This document shows positions 13,651 to 24,090 of a stretch of 64,000 nucleotides of DNA, piece after piece. The notes under the pieces were generated by a model. That model had not been told where the DNA came from. It saw nothing but the letters and a program-made list of their open reading frames with translations, and did no database searches. Location of the stretch: the NCBI GenBank assembly GCA_010093605.1, contig MU004186.1:1406616-1470615 (forward strand), in the 5' to 3' direction. The first letter of the stretch is position 1; each line of letters begins with the position of its first letter. The position numbers and the translations under genes are program-made. The DNA comes from Lophium mytilinum (lineage: Eukaryota).

Positions 13651-14767
13651 TCATCCAAACAATCCACCGAGCGCGCTAACCCTCTCCTCTGAAATACCGA
13701 ATCCCTCAACTGCCACACCATCAAAATACCCACTAAACCACGCAAACGTATCCGCAATCGTATTCGCCGGCGTCGGATCCGTCAACAGCGCCGTCTCCCC
13801 GGATTTCCACGGCGACCGCACATCCAAACTCAACTTCTTCCCGGGCACATCAATCCGATAACTCGAATAATACGTGATATTAGACAACTCGCTGACCCAT
13901 GGATCCGCCGGGTGCACACCACCCACCACGGGGTAGACCTCATGATGCCCGTCCGGGTACGCAATCGTCGCCAGGGACGCCTGGTTGTACTCGCTGACGG
14001 GATTCGTGATGGTCGCCTGGATCTTGACGCCGTTGTTCAGCAGGATCACGTAGGCGTGCCAGCCGCCGGCGGCGTAGGACGGGCCCCACTGCATGTCGAA
14101 CCATGCCTGGCTTTGCTCGGGGACGATGTCGACGGTTTCGTTGGCGAAGTTCACGAGCGTGCCGGTTACGTAGGTTTCCGGGTAGTCGTAGGCGTAGGCG
14201 TAGCCGGTGCCCCAGATGTAGGCGCCCACGCCGGCTTGGTACAAATTAGGGCCTTTGGGTACGTAGGTTAGGTTGAAGCGCGCGGATTCTTGGGTGCTGG
14301 TGACGTAGAGCTCGGAGATTTGGTCGTCGGAGCGCGCGCCGGTGGTTAGGATGGGGGTGGAGCCGTAGAGCTTGGTGTTGGAGAGCTGGCCGTCGTAGTG
14401 CCAGGAGCCGCCGAAGATGTGGCCGTTGGTGATGTCGGTGTAGGAGATGGAGGTGATCTGGCCCGTGGGGCCGGCGTTGGCGGTCGTGGTGACGATGCAG
14501 TAGTCGTTGCCGTCCGAGGCGTGGAGGAAGTTGGCGAACCAGTAAGACTTGATGCCCGTGGTGTTGAAGGCGATTACATTGGTGACGTTGGGGGCGCCTA
14601 CGGTGCTCTGGGGTGGGGGTTAGTAGTAGGGATGGTGAGGCTACGGGAGAGGGACCTACAGAGTACTGGTAGTCGAGGGGGCTGCGGTCTTGTGCGGTTC
14701 GGAGGAATGCTAGGGAGGGAGTGATGAGGAGCGCTAAGGCCGAGAACAGGGACGTTATTGGAGCCAT
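13651..14767 (-). CDS. Secreted kievitone-hydratase-like / AttH-CrtC lipocalin-fold protein; intron 14608-14659
   Basis: Signal peptide. The spliced frame gives SYWFANFLHASDGNDY...YDYPETYVTGTL...SQAWFDMQWG...ADTFAWFSG...GFGISE, and the W(F/Y)DxQW motif is typical of this family. Confidence 0.7.
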
Positions 14768-16474
14768 GGTGAGATGAAAGCTAGCTCCACGGTTTGAAGA
14801 CCCTGTACTTTTGCTTGCATAGCTTGGAGAGTCAATTCAAAAGGTACATGCCTTCTCTTTTATATTCTTCTTTGTAATTACTCCTCTTCGTCTACATGCT
14901 TACCGGCTATGCGGATATGATGTCGAGCATTATTGCACCATCCAGCTTGGCACACGACAATGCCAGGAAACTAGCTCTGTCGTGCATGCATCTTAGTCTG
15001 ACTACGACGAACAACAATGCAATTGATACTCGTCATCCAAAGGCATTCCCCTTATATACAAGAGCAGCCCTCCATCAGCTCGTGAACGCGCGGTTCTTAT
15101 GCACCAATGCACAAAAGTCAAAACCCTCAACCCCCTTCCCACTAACACAACAAACACCAAACACTTCCCGTCAAGTGGTTTCCAGCGGCTAGGCCCTGCA
15201 TCTCCCAAGCCCTACCCCTGCGCCCTTCCCCTGCCACTGCTTCCACATCCAGGCAAGCGCTCCCGCTGCAACAAGAATTTCGCCCGGTTCCTCGCCACCC
15301 GGGGTAGGGCGATCGCGGCTCGCCAGTGGCGCCGCACAAAGGCGGGGAAACTCTGGGGATTGAAGCTGTGCCTTGAAGCCGGTCATCGGTAGCCCGGATC
15401 TACTCTTACCCGGGCTTATAGCGTGCTCTTATAGGCGGATTAGCTGATGTGACTGGGGAGGGGAAGGGCGTCGGGATTTAGGAGGAATTGTGCTGTGCAT
15501 AAGGGAGGGGTGAAAGTTGTGACGAGGGGGTTGAGTGGGTTGAGTGGGTTGAATAATCTTCTTAGTGTGGATGGGCGGGTTTTGGGGTGATTGGTGTTTT
15601 GGCGTGACTTTGTAGGGGTATTGATGATAGGATTCTTAGTTATTGGGTGCAATGTGAGAGATTGCGGTGCTTGAAGGCTTTACAGTCTACCTCATGGTAT
15701 GCGCTATGGCGCCAAGGGTTTTTCCTTCGGGAGATCTCACGGCCTCGGGGGGTAACGCACGGGTAAATATTGGTGAGATATTGGGTTCTGCACTCCACAC
15801 TTTTCCATGCGCACCAAGAGTTTCCTTTACAGGCGGATATATGTAAAGTGTGTTTCTGCGCTTCGCTGGCTTTGCACCAAGGGTTTCTCTATTTTGAGTT
15901 TGCCGACATCCCCGCTCACGGGGCGTGTCTTCTCCCCCTTCGTTCTATCTTTCGACAAAAGATCCGCGCCAAGTCCAATCTAACTATTTAGATTGGGGTA
16001 GGTTGGTTTAGTTAGATGACGGTCACGTGGTCTAGTAGTTGCTCTAAGCTCTTTCGCTCCAACCCCTAGCATGCTGTCATATCATTGAGAGCGATATATA
16101 CCCATTAACCCCAAGACTTGCTCGCCTTGTATTCGCCAGCCTCACTTTCGTCTGACATATCTAGTAGGCTATCGCTGTTTTAAAGCGTTTTCGTCCTCAG
16201 GTTGAATCTCCATTTCTAGCGAACTATCGCTATAGTCGCACGATATATTTGAAGAAATCTTGTGTTGGGCCTGTGCTGGTTGCTCTATGTCCAAGTTGCC
16301 GGCCAGTAACGTATGCGAACCTCCAAGGTCGGCCCCTCAATGGGATTGGTAAAGAAGTACTAACGGTAAGAAGGGACTTGGTCTAGCTGAAGCAGATGGT
16401 CAGCTGTCTAATTGAGTGGGCGTGGGCTGAGGGCGGAGAGAAAAATATGCGAAGCTGTTCCCCTCCGGATGAGG

Positions 16475-16510
16475 TTAGCGCTAATAGTCAAAATTGACTA
16501 TTAGCGCTAA
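16475..16510. repeat. Perfect 17-bp inverted repeat (hairpin) with a 2-nt loop
   Basis: TTAGCGCTAATAGTCAA-AA-TTGACTATTAGCGCTAA, extended imperfectly by ATGAGG/CCTCAT. Confidence 0.9.
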
Positions 16511-16719
16511 GCCCTCATTCGTCTTAGCGTACTTGGGGGTCACTCAATCAACCGCGACCTCCAGATGATCCTCATCGTACCCGTTTCATGATGCGTCCTA
16601 TCTGATTCACTACTCGTATTTTCCGTTTTGCAAAACTGAGGGACGTATCCGCCAGATTTATATGATGACGCGACGACCTGTAAGAAGACAGAAGACGTAG
16701 ACCACGTATTGGATGATCG

Positions 16720-16975
16720 AATGTAGTGTATCCAGCGCTCAAGCTCTTGTAGACCAAATACAGCATCTGAGGCGCCATATGGACGAAGTCAGCATGTCGT
16801 CGGAGGAATTCGAAAACCTATGGTAGCAGCACATGGAAGAGTGAGTGTCTTGCCCCTGATGAGTGGATTCCAGGTTTCCGCCTCTCCGCTGGCATGGAGT
16901 ACTTGGACGCAAGGCGACGTAATGCGTGAAAGAATACATGCCATGTTCGTGCCGCAAGGGGGTTCGTGTCCTCGG
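16720..16975 (-). pseudogene. Highly degenerate fragment of an EST1/EBS1/SMG6-7-like gene (copy A)
   Basis: Across frames: LRHEH.., LRRLASKYSMPAERRKPGIHS, HRFSNSSDDMLT..MAPQMLYLVY. These are colinear with the better copy at 17.8-18.4 kb. Confidence 0.7.
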
Positions 16976-17099
16976 TGGGACTGATCATGCGAAGTACGTG
17001 GTCATAAGGTTGCGTACTCGGATATCTCACTGTTTATGCGCCGCTCTTGCTCCCTTGATGCCACTATGCGGAGGACCTCAGCCATTGAGTTGCCCGGCA

Positions 17100-17395
17100 G
17101 GCAATAGGTAGCCAGATTCTTACTGCGACGACGTTTATTACTGCGACGATGTTTACATCAGGTCTATGATTTGAAAAAACTATCGGGGCACCCCATACAG
17201 TGCCAACCGAGTGCGCATGTAGATGAGCAGTGCGCCATGAATCAAGTCAACGATTTCCGCAGCAGGGGTTGAGACGGTAGGAACAAGTTGTGATGCTTCT
17301 GCAGCTTCTCGTGTTTGGAGCCGAGTTTTGATCGGCTCTTTATGTGATCCTGGCCATGGGGGTTTACGGCTGTTGGATGAAAAAGCACGCCCCGC
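17100..17395 (-). pseudogene. Probable protein-kinase C-lobe relic; its 17101-17262 part is repeated at 47281-47427
   Basis: Minus strand reads GVLF..RKPPWPGS...AAEIVDLIHGALLIYMRTRL, resembling kinase subdomains IX-XI. The DNA-level similarity to 47281-47427 is obvious by eye. Confidence 0.4.
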
Positions 17396-17789
17396 CTAAG
17401 ATTAGGGGGACCGGAAAATAAGCGACATTATATACTCCAACAACGGCGACGGCCCAATGCTCACTTGAAGTATTAGGTCTGCCTTACATGCTTTAGGAGT
17501 ACAGATCGCGAGCAACCCATAAGGTGTAGAGGAGTTCTTGTAGCCAGTAGCATCCTTAGTCCACCTGGTATCACGCTGGGCACGTGACTGTAGTCCAGAA
17601 CCGACTCCTAGCGCTCATGAAAGGAAGTGTATGACGCACTAGAACGTCCAAGAATAGGGTCAATCAAAGTAAGAATTGACTCCCGAGCGCTCATGAAAGG
17701 AACACAAAGGAGAGAACGAGGATAGTAGTATAGCTGCTGAAGCGCGTTTGGGCGAGCGAGGATTGCGAAATGATGATATAGGCGACCAA

Positions 17790-18370
17790 CATAAAAGCGT
17801 TTTTTAGCGGCTTTCCTGTACCAGAAGCGAGTGACGCCTGCCCACGTCTTTCAATCAGGCAGTTCCTCGTCCTCAATGATCACGCAGTTCCTCGTCCTCA
17901 ATGGCCATGCGGTACCGACCAAGATCTCCTAGACACTCGATCCAGGTGTCTCAAATGTGGGTACGGTGTCGTAGAGCAAAGACATCATCTATTAGGCCAG
18001 ATAGATGAACGCTAGCATGTAGTCTAGCGACTCTGGCAGCCGGCGTCGTAGCAACTCCAGAAAAGAGTGAATACCGTGCTTCCACATCCGCGCAGGCATT
18101 GAGTACTTAGATGCAAGACCCCGTAGTGCGGGAGAGGCCGAAGGGTGCTGACTGGCGAGAAAAAAGTCATGATGCTCATGCAATATGGTCCTATGTAGAG
18201 CCATTAATGCCTGCCAGCGGTTATTGGCCAGCTTAGGCAGAACCTTGAGCCCGATCAACGTGAATGCATCCGGTCTCGACCATGGTCAGGCCGGCGTATA
18301 TAGACTTGACCTCTGAAGCTAGCTGTTCCTGGGATATCGGGCGTGCATCGGGCTGTGGGATGAGATCTGG
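17790..18370 (-). pseudogene. EST1/EBS1-like (SMG5-7 family DNA/RNA-binding domain) pseudogene, N-terminal conserved block (copy B)
   Basis: QPDARPISQEQLASEVKSIYAGLTMVE, WQALMALHRTILHEHHDFFLASQHPSASPALRGLASKYSMPARMWKHGIHSFLELLR, then TAA TAG, MMSLLYDTVPTFE, a frameshift, TWIECLGDLGRYRMAIED and TWAGVTRFWY. Confidence 0.9.
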
Positions 18371-18749
18371 TACCAATCCTCGCTTGACGTATCTGGTGTG
18401 CCTCATGGTGCCTCCGAATTCCAGGGTACAAGCGCCTTTGGTGGCATCGTGAGGCCTAGTCCGTAAAAGATGCAGGTCTTTGGAATGAAATGGGGAGCGC
18501 AGGCAGAAATCCGTCCTATCCTAAATTCGGGGCAGCGTGGGAAGGAATCCGTCCAATGGCCCGTGAATGGATTGACGGCCGGATATTGCCCACGCTGGGA
18601 ATGGGCCTTCGCAATTAGTAGCCCTCTTATTCCGCCTGGTGTCTAAACAGGCGCACGTGACTGTAATTCAGACGGTAGGATGTCGGATCCAGCAGGCAGC
18701 TTCTTTGACTGCAGAGGTGATTGAAATTTTCCGAATGGATCCCACGTAT

Positions 18750-19100
18750 GTGCCGAGTTACGACTCCACACCTGCCCACGTATAAGGTCTTCCTCGGGAA
18801 GAGGCACGGCTGCCCACGTATAAGGTATTCCTCAGGAAGAGGCACCTGTCATATCCTTTGCGGGCAAGAGATCGTTCTTCACGAGCAACTCGAGCCTTTA
18901 GGACTTCGAAAACGTATTGGAAATCGAGCCTTTAGGACTTCGAAAACGTATTGAGAATCGAGCCTTTAGGACTTCGAAAACGCATTGAAAAAAGGTGACG
19001 AGTCCGTCCCCAGGAGTTCTGGCGTTGTCGGCGAGGGCCGAGACGTATGGAAAGGTGAAAGAGTACAAGAAGGACGTGAACATGCGGAAGAACATTCTTA
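18750..19100 (-). pseudogene. EST1/EBS1-like C-terminal fragment (piece C), frameshifted, with internal tandem duplications
   Basis: NVLPHVHVLLV, GLVTFF-NAFSKS and PLPEEYLIRGQ / LIRGQVWSR match the remembered C-terminal motifs of this fungal family. Confidence 0.7.
18890..18991. repeat. 34-bp tandem repeat x3
   Basis: Unit TCGAGCCTTTAGGACTTCGAAAACGTATTGGAAA with minor variants. Confidence 0.95.
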
Positions 19101-19182
19101 TCCCCTCCCCGATCTTAAGCCTGTAAATATACGTTAGATGAGTTGTATGTACTAGGACGGAATTGACAGAAGAGAGTACCGT

Positions 19183-19567
19183 TCATGTCGCTTCTCTCCA
19201 TCGCTCAACGGTAATTTCCGTGTAGTATCGACATCTCTCTAGATTCAGGTTTGGAGGAAAAATAGATTGCGCGGCTCGTCGTCCAGCAAGTGCGGGCGTT
19301 TGAGCCTCGCGAGAAGCGTTCGCTGCGGGTCTTCGAGAAAGTGTCAGCACGCGAGTTTACAAAAGGAAGCAGAACTTACTCATAGAAAGGGAGCGTATAG
19401 TCATTGTCTTGGGAGTGTCTAGAGAGACGCTGACGACGAGCTTCTCTCCAAGCAAGAATACCGAAGACAAGACAGCCCACGCCGATGATAGACGCGAGGA
19501 CGACTCCCGCGATATTAATATTGTCGCCGCGGGACTGCGCCTGCAGTGGTCTCGAGGGATCGGACAT
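19183..19567 (-). CDS. Small single-pass membrane protein (~111 aa); intron 19331-19379
   Basis: MSDPSRP...NIAGVVLASIIGVGCLVFGILAW REARRQRLSR (TM plus basic cluster). Canonical GTAAGT...CTGAC...AAG intron with in-frame exon 2. Confidence 0.55.
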
Positions 19568-20882
19568 GACTGGCTGCAACAAAAAATTTGGGCTTGGAAG
19601 ACGACTGGTGGTTGGTCAGTTCGCTGACGTAGTGGCGTCGGGAGTGGGTGCCTGCTGAGCACAATCGGACCCGGGGTTACTCATGCTTTTGAATGTTCTT
19701 GTGCCCGTGTGCACCAAGGCGAACTGTATGTGATGCGAACCATCCAAGGATATGAGAAGGCAACCGGTCCGTTAAGACACCGACCACACTAAAATATCCT
19801 CGGGAGCTGACGGCTGGTCAGAAATACGAGCATGCAACGAATTAAAAGCTATTAGATGCCGGTGAAAAAGGCAAACCACGCACCTTCATAGCTCGCTAGA
19901 AGGCGGCCGACAGCCCAGAAGGCGGGGCACACGAGTGTGATAAATGTAAACGCAGGCAACCACATCTCGGAATGCCCAATCCGGCATGATACACCTGCTT
20001 TGCATGCCTGACGGACTGACGACTGCTCTGACGTTCTCGGTTCGCAGCGATTGTGTCGCTGCTGCGCCATCCCGCGCCTCAATGTGATGCATGTTTTCTA
20101 TGCAGGCAAGGCTCCCGGAGTGATCCAAGGCGCTCCAAAGCTGGCGACATTGCGTTTGGCGGATGCCTGGCATCAAAGGGATGAGCAGTGGCTTGGATCC
20201 ACACCGTTTCCGATACTATGATCCCCAGTGAGAGGCATGAAAGTGATATTATACGCCCTCGTGAGTATTTAGCATCGAATAATGGCTCTAGGTAGCCTCA
20301 TCGAACGGAGGACACCGGGAACGTCATACTGGGTCTTAATAACTGACAAGCGCAAGAGACTAGTTGATCAAACGAATCCATATCTCCTCTATCTTTCCTA
20401 AATCAGCTGCGAAAGATAGCAGGCGGGAGGAGGACACAGGGCTGATTTCCGAGTATGCCATCAAGTGCAATGCAAGTGGCACCCGGGTGGCCTTCGGCAA
20501 CCGCCTCTGATCATGCATCCTTGATGAGACGCGTCCTCGGGCCTGATGCACAGCGCACAGTGTACGAACATTACCACATTTCATAAGCGTAAAAACTTCG
20601 ACAATATGTCCAGCACCGGCGCGCAGCTGATACCGCTGCCGAGCCCAAAGGAGGAGCTGCCTGCCTAAATAACAGATGTCTGGAAAATGCATTTTCTCAG
20701 AAGTGACATTCAAGCGTCAGCTGAATCGCATCGCAATGTATCTAATCCATGAATACGCTTTAGGCGTTGATTGCGGTGCGTTGAGACACCGTAAAGCGAG
20801 CTTTCTGACAGTGATGAGAGACTTTCTCACGCGCCGCCGCAGGGTCGCGGCTAAATTGGCGCCGGCGGGGCTTGCGTCGTGC

Positions 20883-21010
20883 TGCCTCGAGCGAGAGGAA
20901 CGAACGAAAGTCCAGCCTTACGATTAGTAAAATGAGAATTACACGAGTTGCCTCGAGTGAGACGTACGAACGGAAGTCTAGCCTTGTGGTTAGTAACATG
21001 AGAATTACAC
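20883..21010. repeat. ~66-bp imperfect tandem repeat x2
   Basis: TGCCTCGAG(C/T)GAGA..ACGAACG.AAGTC.AGCCTT...TTAGTAA.ATGAGAATTACAC occurs twice. Confidence 0.85.
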
Positions 21011-21229
21011 AGCATTTCTAGCCTGGTAGAAAGAGGAGCGTTTCCACCCTTGAAGGGCATCGGGTGAAAGATCCTAGCCTTGTGGAGCAGGTCACTAGCC
21101 TTGCGCTTGATGAACGCAATACCTCAAAGCTTTGATAGACATAAGCAGATGCCTAGATAGTTTAGAAGAGGCGACTCATTCGCCAAAGCTTCCATCGTTT
21201 ATTGAAGTCCAGATAATTGAAAAGACATA

Positions 21230-21455
21230 CAGTACTAAGCCATAAATTTTGGCACACGGATACCACTTTTGAGTGTCGCTTTTGGCAGCTGGACGCCACT
21301 GCCAGGGGCGGCCCCATCGCGAGGACATATCTCGGTCAAGAGGAAGCTCAGATCACGCGGTCCAAAACCTGACATGACGCTTGCGTTGTAATCTCCCCAC
21401 GGGAGCACTCCTGGCAGTGGCAACCGAGTGTGCTGCGACTGTAAGCTGGTGCCCG
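21230..21455 (+). mobile_element. Degenerate copy of the CAGT-TIR MITE family
   Basis: TA|CAGTACTAAGCCATAAATTTTGGCACAC left end. The interior is weakly similar to the other copies and the right TIR is eroded. Confidence 0.6.
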
Positions 21456-21855
21456 AAAACGGGGCCGGCATCCTCTATTCAATGCTGACCTAGATACCTT
21501 GGCTCTTTCTTAGGTGTTTCAAGGTCGTTCAGGCGGTTCTACCGTGTTCCTTGCTCTGATTGTTCTGCGCTCCTGTAAACGGTCTAGTGCCGGTCTGAAC
21601 ACCATCCAGCCATCTGAGTTACAGTCACGTGTGACTGCTTGGACACCAATCGGCTTGAACAATGCAATTTGCGACTCTTTCGATTCTCCTAGGATAACAG
21701 CACCTGCTATAGCATAAGTAGAGCGCTTCTTCTCTTCATCCGACTCTTTCTTCCATTACTCATGATATGATATACACCCGAGACCAACAGCCGGGCGCCG
21801 GGGACGTGGGGAGCAACCCTACGTAATATGCAGACAAGAAGAGAAGCAAGGAAAA

Positions 21856-23199
21856 TTAAATATAGGACACTTTCACTCCCATCCCTACCGTCCTCCGCAC
21901 TTTTTCCCACGCAGCCCGCAATATCCGCTGCACCCGCTCTCTCAGATCTCTCCGCCCAAAGGCGAGAGCAAATGCAAGGATGAAAAGGAGAGTCCGCAGA
22001 AACGCCATCGGATTTTGCGTCATCGACTGGGCCGTCTTGAGTATGAGCGTTTGCATGGCAGCCATGAGATTCGAGGCACGTTTGTATAGCCCTGGCGGTG
22101 GACTAATCGCCTTCTTGGCGGGCCGGGAGGCCTTTGACGATGTAGATGGTTGAGGTCGATGCGAGGGACTAGATTTTTTGTAGCCGTCATCTGAGCTGCG
22201 CGGCTGTCTCCGATTCTCCTCTTCCCGCTTCCTGCGCTCGTCCTCTTCACGCGTTTGCTCTGTACGTCGGACCTCGGCCTCTTTCCGCCGCTGCTCGAGC
22301 TGCTCAGCTTGTTGTTGGCGGAGCATCGCCTCGCGGGCTTCTGTCTCGTCTGCTTCTTCACGCAGGGAGTGTAGTGCTAGAAGGAAGGCCTCTTTGCGCT
22401 CGTCGTCGAGCACTTCGCTCATGCTGATGAATTCCCGTGCGTAGTCCCATTCTGCGTTTCGGGGGAGGACGTGTAGGGTGTAGAGTTCAAGTAGCTTGAG
22501 ACGAGAGTTGAGATCACGCGGCGTGCTAGTTCCAGTTGGTGTGTGGGAGGGCCGGCGTTGCAGTGATGAGGCGATGTGGGAGGATATGTCAAAGGTCGGG
22601 TGTGCCGAGGCCGATAGATAGGTTTCGAGGCGTTGTTGGGTGAGTTTTTGAGAAGGCGAGTGTGTGAGGAGGAGGGTTGCTCTGTTCTCTTAGTTAGCGA
22701 GATCGATTTAGGGTCATCAAAGAGGGACTTGCAGGTTTATTACTACTTCAGCGTCGACATCACCCTCGTTTCCAGCATACCCGTCGCGAACAACCTCCTC
22801 CCACACGCTCCCATCACGACATTTTGACACTAGCGCTTTCCACCTCGTGCTTCCAAAGGCGTGTTTGCCCTCCTCAGCCCCAAGCTCGATGACAGAATTG
22901 AGAAACGTGAGATAGAAACTCCAGACTTTGATTCGCGTGCCCCGCGAGGCGGCCGCTACTGGGGCGTAGTTGGGTACTTCGCCGTTCTGTTCGCCATTGA
23001 CGTATTCGTTCTCTGGTGCAGAAATTACCGGCTCAATTGTCGAGAGGGCTTCAGGGAGGCGGCGCGTCAGGAACAGCTGGGCGGCCTGCCGGTAGGCCTT
23101 TGCGATTTGTGATGACTGTTGACGGCTGGAGGAAAGCGAGGAGACGGAGGACGATAGCATGCGCGAGGTCGCTAGCGAGTCGTCGTAGGACATGGCCAT
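21856..23199 (-). CDS. PEX26: Peroxin Pex26 (tail-anchored peroxisomal membrane protein); GC-AG intron 22682-22732
   Basis: YRQAAQLFLTRRLPEALS, RIKVWSFYLTFLN, LELYTLHVLPRNAEWDYAREF and a C-terminal TM followed by KVRRTVGMGVKVSYI. Confidence 0.9.
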
Positions 23200-24090
23200 G
23201 GCGAGGGAGGTTACTGGGCGCGCAGAAGGGGGATTGAGCAGTCCATGGCGGCCGTGAGCTAGGAGGGTCGTGTTTTGTCGAGGTTGAGGAATGCCTGCGC
23301 TACCTCGGCTCTGTCACCTGCTTGTCGTGTTTCGACCAATTCGACCAAGGGATCTCCAACCCGGCTATTCTGCAGATTCCGCTATACCGCATTGAGCGCA
23401 GTCTCCGTTGTCATCTCCCGATGATGCTCACATCGAACTGCATCTCAGACAAGCAATGATATATATAGTAATTCTGACTTGAACCCTTTTTCTACCCAGG
23501 TAGCTGCCAGGTCTGGTCTTTGCACTTGCCTTGCCCATCTAAGACGTTCCAGCGGGAAAGTCAGCCCCTCCCTTCCTCAATGCACGGAGAATACCTTTCT
23601 TTGATCCTTCCAGAACACTCGTCTATCGAGGAAACGCATTATTCTAATAGCATTGGGCATTTTGAGGTACGTCACGTCATACCAGTAAAATATTTACTAT
23701 CGAGAAAATGCGTACTTCCGATTGACGGCGCGTGAGGCGCCTCACAAGACTTCCAAAACTTAAAACAAGGCGCAGACAAGTCCTTTCACCACCCAAAACC
23801 TTGGCTGAGGCCCTCCAGACGACGCCATCACGGATTGTCGTGTTTGCAATTGTCAAACGCTGCGCTAGCTTGTCAAGCACTCTAAGCAACAAACGAGACC
23901 TCTTGTCTCAGCTCCGTCACGTTCACCTTACCTTCGATCGTTTTTGCAACATCCTCCATCACTCCAACCTCAAAGCGAGAACCTTCTATCACTAAGGAAA
24001 GACGTCTTAGTGCGCCATGCCGCCACAAATCCTCGCGGCAAGCCTTTAAACTCATCCACAGACCTCCAGCCTAAGGGATCAAGATCAACC

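Noticed and set aside
15528..15553. GGGTTGAGT x3 as an interstitial telomere repeat
   Set aside because: It is not TTAGGG and is part of a G-rich low-complexity tract.
18890..18991. CRISPR-like 34-bp repeats
   Set aside because: The units are contiguous with no unique spacers, the context is eukaryotic and there are no cas genes.
15000..21700. a-factor-like CAAX pheromone ORF near the ebs1-like relics
   Set aside because: A partial manual scan found none. The best short ORF (MLLNVLVPVCTKANCM, ~19683) lacks Cys at position -4.
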